A stretch of 25,920 nucleotides of DNA from Selaginella moellendorffii (Eukaryota > Plantae > Lycopodiophyta). The stretch covers positions 163,210 through 189,129 of the forward strand of contig NW_003314322.1 of the NCBI RefSeq assembly GCF_000143415.4, given 5' to 3'. This document shows positions 1 to 9,418 of the stretch, in pieces. The first letter of the stretch is position 1, and each line of letters begins with the position of its first letter. A program made the translations under genes and the position numbers. The notes below the pieces were generated by a model. That model had not been told where the DNA came from. It saw nothing but the letters and a program-made list of their open reading frames with translations, and did no database searches.

Positions 1-40
1 TGGTAGATAGCGAATAAAAAATATTTTGAATATTTTGAAG

Positions 41-111
41 AAGACAGTAAACTATGGTTGATACTGCAAAGATGGTACATCTTTGCAGTACCAACCATAG
101 TTTACTGTCTT
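41..111. repeat. Near-perfect inverted repeat (34-bp arms, 3-nt loop)
   Basis: 41-74 AAGACAGTAAACTATGGTTGATACTGCAAAGATG, loop GTA, 78-111 CATCTTTGCAGTACCAACCATAGTTTACTGTCTT. The single mismatch is a G:U pair on the minus strand. Confidence 0.95.
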
Positions 112-547
112 TGCCAAGCAATTCCACTATTGGGACAACAAGAAAAATACTGTATTCTCCAGCAAGCCTAGGATTTCTATATAGCTCTTTCAATGATAAC
201 CCAGCTCCAGGAGAACAACTATAAAACTGTTATGGAATCATCTAAATTGAGGATTTGTCCTAAATGTATTGGTATATTTAGGTACAATAGCCATAAGTTC
301 CCAGGACACCGGTTTAGGGATCAACCAATGTCTCCACCATATATCTAAAACTTATCGTACATTGAAAGATCTATATAGATATGAGTATACATGGTGTAAT
401 GCTCCTGGACACCATGCAATCAAACATGTGATGTGTTCTTCACTCTCCATGAATGCTCTAGACATTGAGAGACTCGGTGCTGGTTTGGGCTCTCCAAGCT
501 GCAATATATACTTGCTAAGGTACAATTTCCAAAAAGTCTGTATTTAC

Positions 548-680
548 TTGTATGTAGTGTTCCAAGCTGTTGTCTCATTCGGCCTTTCCCATGTCTCCAA
601 AAACAATGAAGCTTGCACTGTTAGATCCATCACCTGGAGGAGTGATAAAATTCTTGTGTTTGCTCCAGCCAACTTTCTCA
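548..680 (-). pseudogene. Purple acid phosphatase (nucleotide pyrophosphatase/phosphodiesterase-type) exon remnant
   Basis: The minus strand reads EKVGWSKHKNFITPPGDGSNSASFIVFGDMGKAE*DNSLEHYIQ, with the FGDMGK metallophosphoesterase motif. It is bounded by an AG acceptor and a GT donor and has an in-frame TGA (likely CGA>TGA). The next exon diverges after about 2 codons. Confidence 0.8.
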
Positions 681-1031
681 CTAGGTATTTAATCAAGTGT
701 AGGCTAATGTTGCTGAAACCCACATAGTTTTTAACGAACTCCATATTTTAGGGTGAAGCGCGTTCTTATGGCAAGCACAAAATTTGTAAGTGAGGCAGAA
801 AAGGAGACGGAGAAGGAGATAGGTGAAGATGTAGAATATATAAGTCTTCCAAACTCCCCATACTATACTCTAGGTGATCATTTTTCTGAACAAACGGCAA
901 CATTAACAATTATCGAGAACGCCCCAGTAACGTCAGAGACAACAATCCAAAGCAAAACAACTGACCCGGAGAAGGATGATAGTACCGCTGAGAGTACCAA
1001 AAAGGAGGTGTCCACTAGCGCTTAGGCTTAT

Positions 1032-1156
1032 AATGGCGTGTGCCCTCATGCCATTTACTTGATCACCAAATACCTTTTTCCCTTTGCACTAGTATATCTA
1101 AATACCGGTCTGAGAAATAGAATGGCATGTGCCCTCAGGCCTTTTACTAAATCACC
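1032..1156 (+). repeat. Two imperfect 36-bp direct repeats (1032-1067, 1121-1156); copy 1 forms a short hairpin, copy 2 is degenerate
   Basis: AATGGCGTGTGCCCTCATGCCATTTACTTGATCACC vs AATGGCATGTGCCCTCAGGCCTTTTACTAAATCACC. Copy 1 has the stem AATGGCGTG/CATGCCATT. Confidence 0.75.
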
Positions 1157-1709
1157 TTTGAAAGAAATGCAAGCCTCTATGTCATAAAAAAAAGGTACTA
1201 GAGAAATTCCTTAATAATATGAATGTTATTTAGTTTCATGAAAATACACTAAGGGTCAAATGAGTTAAATGACTTCTCCAGACTAGCAATGCCTCTTGCT
1301 ACACCTTCACAATTAGATTCGTTAGAAAAAGATAACATTGAATAATATCTAAATGTTCTCACCATTAAGTTATATGTCTGGCTAATAAGAATGACGTTCA
1401 TCTTGGAAAGCTCACCACACGCTCAATGAACAAACAAATAGTGTGTGCGCGTATGCCATCGCTCTTCTTTAGCTTCAGATTCGGCTTGTTCACCTTGACA
1501 ATGAGATTTATTATACAATCAGATGGACTCAGTCTGGACACAAAGTCACCGCGCTAGTCACCATGCCCCAGATATGTCTAGCCCCTGGACAAAAAACATA
1601 TAATTTCACGTCATTTTCAAATACTTGAAAATTTGTACCTAGTCCCATTTTACTGAATAAATCCCACTTTAACAAAATAGAACTTTTTCGCAGGTTATCG
1701 TTGAAATGC

Positions 1710-2560
1710 ACCTTGATGGCCGCATCCAATGTTTCCTTGTAGTTGGTCAAGTTCCAATCCATCACCTCACTGCGAGCCCAGGTTTGCAAGCCTGATATAA
1801 AGGCATGGAACGCATCCATATCCCCCATGTCCGTGACAAGTATCCTCTTTGCCATAAACCCATTCACATACTCCTGAATGGTTCTGGTCTGCTTCAGCCT
1901 ACTCAGCTTGTCTCTTAGATGCAGAGTAGCATTCGGAGGAACGTAAGTCGCGTGGATCCTCGCCTTCATCATTTTCCAAGTGGCCACCAATCCTTTGTTG
2001 GCCTCTGTCATTCTCCACCAAGATTTGGCATTATCTGCCAAGTATGGTTTTGCACATGGGACCTCCTCCAAGCTCGGTAACCACAACGCTCGGAAATAGT
2101 CCTCCATATCATAAAACCAATCCTCCACCACCTTATAGTCGTTCACTCCTTTGAAGACCGGTGGGGGCTTTGGTTTGTACTTGAGAACTGCCTGAAGGAC
2201 TGATTCCACTTTGGTCTGTTTGACCTTATCTGGTTTTTTCTCAGTCCCTGTCGAAGGGTCCGCACCCTCTACGCTGCCAGCATCCGCAGTCTTTTGCCTT
2301 TTCTTTTGCTTCTTGTCACGCTTTAGCTTGCATACGAGAATCTCTAATAGGGCATTGGTCTGTGCCAATTGTCCGTTTAGAACATCCAATCAAGCCTTGG
2401 ACAACCAAACCTCACCATCGAACTCCTATTTGGAAGTTTCCTCACTGAAGTCCTCCTTATGCAAGGATTCCTCATCCATAGTCTCTTGTTCGACTGGAGG
2501 CTCTAGCTCTGGAGGAGGTTTTGTCTCTGCTTTGGTTCGTTTCTGCCCTGCCTTTGCCAT
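1710..2560 (-). pseudogene. gag: Gypsy gag (capsid) with two in-frame stops, 3'-truncated
   Basis: ATG at 2560 is in frame with ORF 1529..2389. Stops are at 2426-2428 (TAG) and 2390-2392 (TGA). Motifs PPVFKG...VEDWFYDMEDYF, LADNAKSWW, LSRLKQTRTIQEYVNGF and FISGL are typical of gypsy gag. Confidence 0.88.
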
Positions 2561-2603
2561 CTCCTAGCAATCCACCTCTATCCTTCGCTAGAACTGAGGA
2601 AAA

Positions 2604-2616
2604 GGCTCCAATACCA
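2604..2616 (-). promoter_or_regulatory. Primer binding site, tRNA-iMet type
   Basis: The minus strand reads TGGTATTGGAGCC, 3 nt after the LTR-terminal CA. The canonical plant iMet PBS is TGGTATCAGAGCC. Confidence 0.85.
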
Positions 2617-2619
2617 AAT

Positions 2620-3718
2620 TGTAAGCCATAAATTTTTCTTTTCCAATTTGCTAGCTTACCTTGTCTATTCGACCCACACTTCCTTGGTTTTAGCTAAGTT
2701 CCCTTGCCAAGGTTCCTGCCTATTGTACCAACTCCTACTTGGTCCTACTTAGTTTTAGCTACTCACTGCACGAGCAACAAAGCGTTAGCCATCCATCCAC
2801 GGATTCCCAAATCTCTCCCAATCCCCCTCCCCGAGTTAGACTGGACTTAAGGTTCGGCTACACTCCACACAGGCACAAGCAGCCAAACACACCAAGCCTC
2901 CAAGTTCCTAACATCCCTTGATATAACAAGACTTGATCATGGGACCCTTTAAATCCCAAGCCTTGGGTGCAACACTTGCTTCAAGATATCGGGGCGAAAC
3001 ACCGTGGCCTAACAGCTCGATATGGGTACCTCTACCCCCCCGCTTCCATCCCGAAGGGAAGGCCCAAGCCCCTAGAAAGGGTGAGGACCAATGAGCCACA
3101 AGGTACTCAAGTGGGGCACCACTCCACATAAGCCAGGAGCACCGCAGTTAGTTTCCCTTTCGGGAGTGGGAGCTACCCTTGAGCACTTCTTTAGGTGGCG
3201 CCTCCAGCACCACCTGAGTCCATGCTCACTCCCACCCAAGGCCCCTCGGCCCTAGTCTCAACCTCAAATTAGTTTGGAAGTACCATTAAAGAGTTCTTTC
3301 AAGACTAGTTCCTAGACCTCTCCATCCCTACTATACTTTTGGAACCCCCTACAGCCCCCCTCCCCTGGGAGATGCACGCTTTGGACTTTCACCCCTTGAC
3401 CTGTATTAGTACTTGGACTCAGTCTCGGACTCGATCTCGAACCCGATTTCGGACTCGGTCTCGGACTCGGTCTCGGACTCGATCTCAGACCCAATCTCGG
3501 ACTCGGTCTCGGACCCGATCTCAGATCTCGGACTCTGTCTCGAACTCGGTCTCTGATTTGGCCTCGGACTTGATCTTAGACTCTATCTCGAACTTGGTCT
3601 CAGAGTCGGTCTTGGACTCAATCTCAGACTCGGTCCCATCTGATAAACTCTTTGTCATTTTGGTCATGCTTTTGGGGATCCTTTAGCCTACAACACCTCG
3701 GGGAGTTGGTTCCTTACA
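2620..3718 (-). repeat. 5' LTR (~1.1 kb)
   Basis: It has inverted termini TGTAAG (2620) and CTTACA (3713-3718), adjoins the PBS, and switches sharply to AT-rich DNA after 3718. Confidence 0.85.
3411..3636 (+). repeat. 12-bp minisatellite (consensus TCTCGGACTCGR, ~19 degenerate units) inside the LTR
   Basis: Directly visible tandem units; they generate the spurious SRTR/SDSV ORFs. Confidence 0.92.
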
Positions 3719-4828
3719 ATTCACTACTTTATATTACTTTATTTAATGTTATATAATAATTATCAATATATAATGAAACATTGTTGTATCAAGCTTATCA
3801 TTTGTGAAAAAGTGTTATTATTGTATTTTATTCTCTGTACTTCTTCATTATCTTGTATTATAAAGTATATTGTCGAAACTTAAATTTTAAAGAATATAAA
3901 ATAATTATAAACTTAGGTCTAACATATTATAATATACATGAATAATATAGTGATATTTTATATATGTTCTTAATACAAAATTTTATACAATTATCAAGAT
4001 ATAATAAAAAATATTTTTAAAAAATTAAAAGGAAAATTAGAAAAATAAACATCTAATTCACGAATTTATATATATCATCAAAGATTTCTTTGAATAATGA
4101 AAAATAAATTGATTTCCAATATTAAAACTAATATGTCTTTTTTATTTTCTTTCTTGTTTTAAATACGGAATCCATTATCTGATGTTTAACTATAAAACTT
4201 CTTCAGCCAAAATATTTAGTTCTTATTTCTTAATATTCAAATTAACTATTTTGTAATAGCTTACAAATTTCCTATATTTTATAATGTTGTCAAACCTATC
4301 TTTAACACTTTTATTCCATTGCCACTATTTAGATCCCTTAAAGATAAGAAATGCTAATACTAAACAATTTCTATTCAACACACTTTGTCTAAAAGTCCTA
4401 AATCCACATCACAAAAAATGTCATATCTGTAAATTTATTTTCTTTTTTAAATGTAACATTTTATACATATATTTTATGAAGTAGGAATATGTTGATTGTT
4501 GTAGTTTAGGTCAAATGGAATAAAAAATTAATTTTGCTTTGATTATATATACTAAGTCCACTTACAATCATATATAAAAAGATTTTATTAATATGGTACT
4601 AAATATTAGAAGTATTATGGTGAAATGTTTTGAGGGATTTCTCATTCTCTTGTTTCCATGACTGTATTGTCATGCAAAAAAGCCATATTGCTTTCTTTCT
4701 TTTGTAGCCATTTATTGCGACATTGGTGTTGCTGATTGCACATCTTTTCTCCATAGCCGTATTGCTTTGGAATCCCTTCATGTGAGGCTCATTTAGCTTC
4801 TTGAAGCTGTTGTACATAGCTGGTGTAA

Positions 4829-4973
4829 GCAACTAAAGGGAACAACTTGAGATATGATCCATAAGGGTTCAAATATAGAAGGAAAGGGTTCATGAACAAG
4901 AGTGCACCCCCTTTTTCAATTGGTTAAAGGTTTTGGGATATTTGGGGTTAAGTATTTTTGGGTTTGAATAGTA
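4829..4973 (-). repeat. Dispersed repeat, inverted homolog of 21322-21456
   Basis: The reverse complement TACTATTCAAACCCAAAAATACTTAACCCCAAATATCCCAAAACCTTTAACCAATTG aligns to 21322 TACTACTCAAACCTAAATATACTTAACCCTAAGTATCCTAAGACCTTTAACCAATTG, and similarity continues further. Confidence 0.8.
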
Positions 4974-5109
4974 CTAAGTTGGGTGACCTCACACTGGAAC
5001 AAGGTGATGGATCTTCAAATTAACAGCAAAAGACTTAAATAGAGGCTTGGGGATTGATTAATTTCACTCTCAGATCCTTGATCCAGTTTATGATTTGAAT
5101 GTGCTAACC

Positions 5110-5525
5110 GCCTCCATGTACTTTATCATGGAGTGACCTCTCTACTTGAACACCATATTCTCACGAGCTTTGCAGCCTTTTCTCAGCTCGACTTTCAGAC
5201 CTCTCTGGACATCCATGGCACTCATGGATCACACTGCCAAGCTATAGCAGAGACGAAGCTTCTTTTTAGGCTTTTCACCTGGAGCTACTTCTCGTGCTCA
5301 CACAGGTCGACACTTGCTCACAGCATTCCGCAAATGGAGGTGTCTTCGGCAACAGCCATTGGTATCTCTCTTTTACCAGGTCTCCTGGGCTGCCATTTCC
5401 ACTTGTAGCAGTCTACTCCACACGGCAGCCGCAGCTTCTTCTCGTCACCACCTTACATCTTTCTGGCCTTGTTACCAACTTGGTGCCTGCGCCGCTCTTT
5501 ACCTCTATCTTGTAGAAAGCGGGAA
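5110..5525 (+). pseudogene. Possible degenerate F-box gene remnant
   Basis: Frameshifted WSDL/LLEHHILTSF resembles the start of an F-box. It is followed by GGVFGNSHWYLSF...VAVYS and LGACAALYLYLVE, which resemble beta-propeller segments. There is no intact ORF. Confidence 0.35.
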
Positions 5526-6408
5526 ATTTGACTCCCTTCCATTATGCACCCAAGAATGTACATTCAAAAAAGCTATGCAATGTTGAAAGATTGAGCTTTT
5601 GTCTTTAAATTTTTCAATGGCAAGTGTTGATAAAAGATTTGGTTGGAATGTTGCCTTGCATCTTGTGCTTACAATGAGTGGTAAGATAACTGTAACTTAA
5701 GAATTGGCTATTTCTCTGCCACATAGCATGGAAAAGGTGCGTTCACGTTAATCTTATATAGCGTTATATACCGAGACAGCAGAAAGGAAGCTAGAGGATA
5801 TGGCATAAATTTGTTGAAGAGTTTTGCTTATTTTCCTCTGCAAATGCACTTCTAGTTCTCTAAAAAGATTAGTCACCTAAAATATGAGAGCTTGCAACAC
5901 TATTAAAAGTAGAATCTAAAATTTTCTTAGCAAACACTATTAATCACTAGCTTAAAGTTTCTTTGTAGCATAAAATTAACAGTGATGCTCACCACCACGT
6001 GGGATCCATAGGAGTGCCAGATGCACTAGGCCTGGGTAGGAATTCAAGTCATCATCCTATTGTTTTCCTTAAAGAGCTGAGGATTCATTGTTAATGATGA
6101 GTCCTTACTTTCTCCTAAATCCTGTAGAGATGCAACCAGTACAAGTGCACTACCTCTCAAAAGATGGAGGAAGATACTGATCAGAGGGGTTAATGAACAG
6201 CGTCACAGTTTATAAAATGGAAACACTCACAGCCCACATAACAAAGAAACTGATGAACTAAGGCAATTCATAAAACGAAGTGTGTATAGGCCAGCTAGCC
6301 TCTTCCTCGCTCTTCATTGAAATGCCAGCTAGTTATCATTACTGTCATAAAGCTACTTAGGATGAAAAAAGATCTCTAGGTCTGGGAGTTGTCAGCAAAA
6401 TAGCAAGA

Positions 6409-9325
6409 ATGTGCCCCGATGTCTCCAGTTTCAAAACACTCTTGGAGCATAAAGAAAAAGAAATTGTAGGTCTTTGTGAAGAGCAACTTCTTGCTTTGCA
6501 ACACCAGGTACATGTAATTGTACAGTGAAGATTGAATTTGTTTTTCTGGCAACCTCTATCAGAAGGACAAGGAAATCTCGGAATTGACAAGTAGGCTCGT
6601 CCAGCTGCAAGAAGATTTTAAGGTTCTTGGCATCTGTTAATCCTCGACCTGAAGTTCCTGAATGATGTAGTATAACCTTTCTCTGCTGGACGAGCGCGAT
6701 GCGGAGCTTAGGGAATATGATGCATCAATCCCTGTGCTCCAGGTGCCTTGTGCTAGTTACAGGTTTTTAAACCAATCTATACATAGTAGGCATCAGCTTT
6801 CGAAGCAGATGAACGTCTGAGAGAAGCAACAATTGCGCTAGCACGATTATCACAGGTGAAAATACATTAGGCTTCACCCCAGAAAGTTTAGTGTCAAGCA
6901 GGAAAAGCAACGACTTTTGGAACATGAAAAACACTTACAAGGAGAGCGCAATATGCTCTACAAACAGGTATAATTCATTTCCAGTTTTCCATATTCACCT
7001 TTTTGTGAAGGTGGAAACCCTAAAAGATGAAAAGAAAAGCCTTTTGAAGCAAGTTCAATCAGAAATTGCTGGTATGGCTGAAAGGCTGAAAAACTTTAAT
7101 AGAAACACTTCTCCAGATCTTAGAAAACAAATTTCTCAAAAAGAAATTGAGTTTGCGAAGGAAGTCCAAAAATTGGACTGTGAGAAATTGGATGGCTTGC
7201 GCAAGCAGAAGCTGGAGTCAGAGGTACGTTTTCTGTCGTCTATAAACGGTTTGGCTACAGTCGGCTTCCAGGCTGCAATGGATGAAGTATCAGCAAAATT
7301 GCAATCGGAGTTGGCATACTTTGTAAGTTGTACTTGTCAACTTGCTGACTGTCCACTGGAAATGACTTCACAGAGGTGTAAGCTCGATGAAGAGAGTCAG
7401 AAATGTAAAGAGCAAGTGCGATCGGTAAGTTAGCAAGCTTTCCCTACAAAACTTGGTCAACGTCTACGCTGCCACAGGAGCTGGAATTGCGTGCCACTGT
7501 TGTGGACAAGAACCAGCAGATACAGGTGCACGACTACGCTGTTTCTTCACGTACGTAACCCTCTGCTCTTTAGAGGATGGATTCCATAATTCAGCAATTA
7601 CAAAGAGAAAGTGAGCGCTTAGAACGTGAATCTGAACTGGAGAGAAAGCATCTTGTTGGGACACTAAAAGAGGTCGAAAGTGAATGTGAAGACCATAAAG
7701 AACAAGTTGCACATTTGGTACGCAAGAATGAGGTTTTGCAACAAAGCTGCAAGGATTGGGAAAAGGACAAACTTGAGATTTTGAGCATGTACAATGAAAA
7801 GGTCAGGACATTTCGAGCTCGTTTCTTTAAAACTATGATGTTCACACAGATTGAGCAAGTTGGAAAGGAGAAGGAAAACCTGAGAAAGCAATTGAGGGAT
7901 GCGCAGCAGTCAGAGGCGGACCTGAGAAGGACACTGTCAGCTCAAGAACATCGCAACAAGGTTTAAATGCAGGAGAATTTCCTTCTGTGCACTGATAAAG
8001 ACTATTTTTCTTTCCTAGGAATGCGATCTTCAGTGTGATAAATGGAAACTAAAGTGCGAAACTGCTCAGTATCAACTTAGACTTCTTGAGGTGAGGAAAT
8101 TGTTTATGGTTTCTGCTAACATTTATCAGGAGGCATATGCACGAGAGAGGGAGGCCCTTGTGAAGATCCATGAGTACAATGTACGTGTTGTGGTAATAAC
8201 TTTCACTACCTCACTAGCTTTTTAGTCGCGTATGCCAAATTCAAGAGCTAGTCGTCAAAAGCCCGATACAGCTCTGGACTCATGGCCCTTTGAGCCGGAG
8301 GATACCATCCCAGATCTTGATACCCAACGTATTGAATATGAGAATCGAAGACTAAGAAGCACATTACAAGATTTTCAAGAGGAAAATGCCAAACTAAGAG
8401 GGATTGTCGGTATGCAGATATATTTAATACCTACTGTATGGATATTACACATAAGTCCTTAGAATCAATGCGCCTTGAGATGGAGAGCCTCCAAGAGCAT
8501 ACTATAGAAATGAGAACCAAGCCAACTGAACTAAAAACTTTTGATACAAAGGCACGGTTCAATCTCCAAATTTTCCTGAGCTAGTTCGTTGTTTCTTGCC
8601 AGGTTCAGATAGATGAAGTGAAAAATCTTCAAAATGAGTTGCAGTCACTTAAAGATATGATAACTAAGATGGCATCAAAACTGCAATCTTCTGGCGATGC
8701 AAAGAAAGATAAGCATGAAAAAGTCAATGAAGACATTTCCAGGTAGTTTGTCTTTGGTAGGTGTAAATTATGATTGAACTTTAAGGTGTAGCGACATACA
8801 GGAGACCCATGACCTGGAGCGGTCTCAAGTGATATTGCGTACACAACTAGAAGGAGCAATTGGAGATATCGCACGCATAACAAATGAGCGGGATTTGTTG
8901 ATGGAGTTGAGCAACTCATTACGTGCAGATCTCAATAGGTGCTTAAATTTCTGAAAAATAGGTTGCTGTCTCAAAATATTTTGCACAGGGCGCGAAAATG
9001 GGTTGCACCATGTGTGGAAGATGAAACACCTGACATTCACTGCTCGGAAGCAGTAAGTTGCCTACGTGATTACCATGATGTGAAAACATTGTGCAATCAG
9101 ATGAAATCGGACCGTCTGCTAGTGGAAGGTAATATGGCGCCCCAACATTCAAGAAGTCCATCTCAAGCAACGACCCATAAGGTTCGACTAAAACCATGTT
9201 CTCTATTTATGGCTTCCTTATTCAATCAGGGGACCGAGAGTCAACAATCTAGACTGAGAAAGATGAAATTGAAAGAACCGTATAAGCAGAAAGTTAGAAA
9301 TTACAACATTAAAGACGATGTGTAA
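6409..9325 (+). CDS. CCDC57: CCDC57-like centriolar coiled-coil protein, 20 exons, ~664 aa
   Basis: Exons: 6409-6507, 6563-6622, 6671-6742, 6790-6855, 6902-6967, 7011-7223, 7272-7322, 7374-7424, 7478-7525, 7574-7801, 7850-7960, 8019-8090, 8130-8180, 8226-8409, 8463-8551, 8603-8742, 8786-8938, 8989-9052, 9101-9181, 9230-9325 (1995 nt, open). Motifs LQEDFKYNLSLLDERDAELREYDA, EENAKLRGIVESMRLEMESL, ERDLLMELSNSLRADL and terminal KVRNYNIKD match remembered CCDC57 blocks in order. Confidence 0.85.
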
Positions 9326-9418
9326 AATAACCTCCGTGGCACAAAGGGACGTGGCAAGTTTTAAACGAACAGGTGTGACCTGGGTTTTTCGAAATTCTCG
9401 AGAAGAAACTGAGGAGGA

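Larger units (their letters stand above)
1710..3718 (-). mobile_element. Truncated Ty3/gypsy LTR retrotransposon (5' LTR + PBS + gag; pol and 3' LTR missing)
   Basis: The LTR has TGTAAG...CTTACA termini and is followed by an iMet-type PBS and a Retrotrans_gag-like ORF. Gag similarity ends near 1710. Confidence 0.88.

Noticed and set aside
269-727. 152-aa plus-strand ORF
   Set aside because: It is antisense to the PAP remnant, has a non-ATG start and shows no motif.
753-1025. 90-aa acidic, Thr-rich ORF
   Set aside because: Low complexity with no recognisable family; it cannot be supported as a gene.
3312-3686. RS-rich ORFs resembling SR proteins; array resembling a CRISPR
   Set aside because: These are translations of the 12-bp LTR minisatellite. 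There are no spacers and the context is eukaryotic.
5980-6408. Possible extra upstream coding exons of the CCDC57-like gene
   Set aside because: No consistent reading frame could be built, and ATG 6409 already matches the expected N-terminus. They may be UTR exons.
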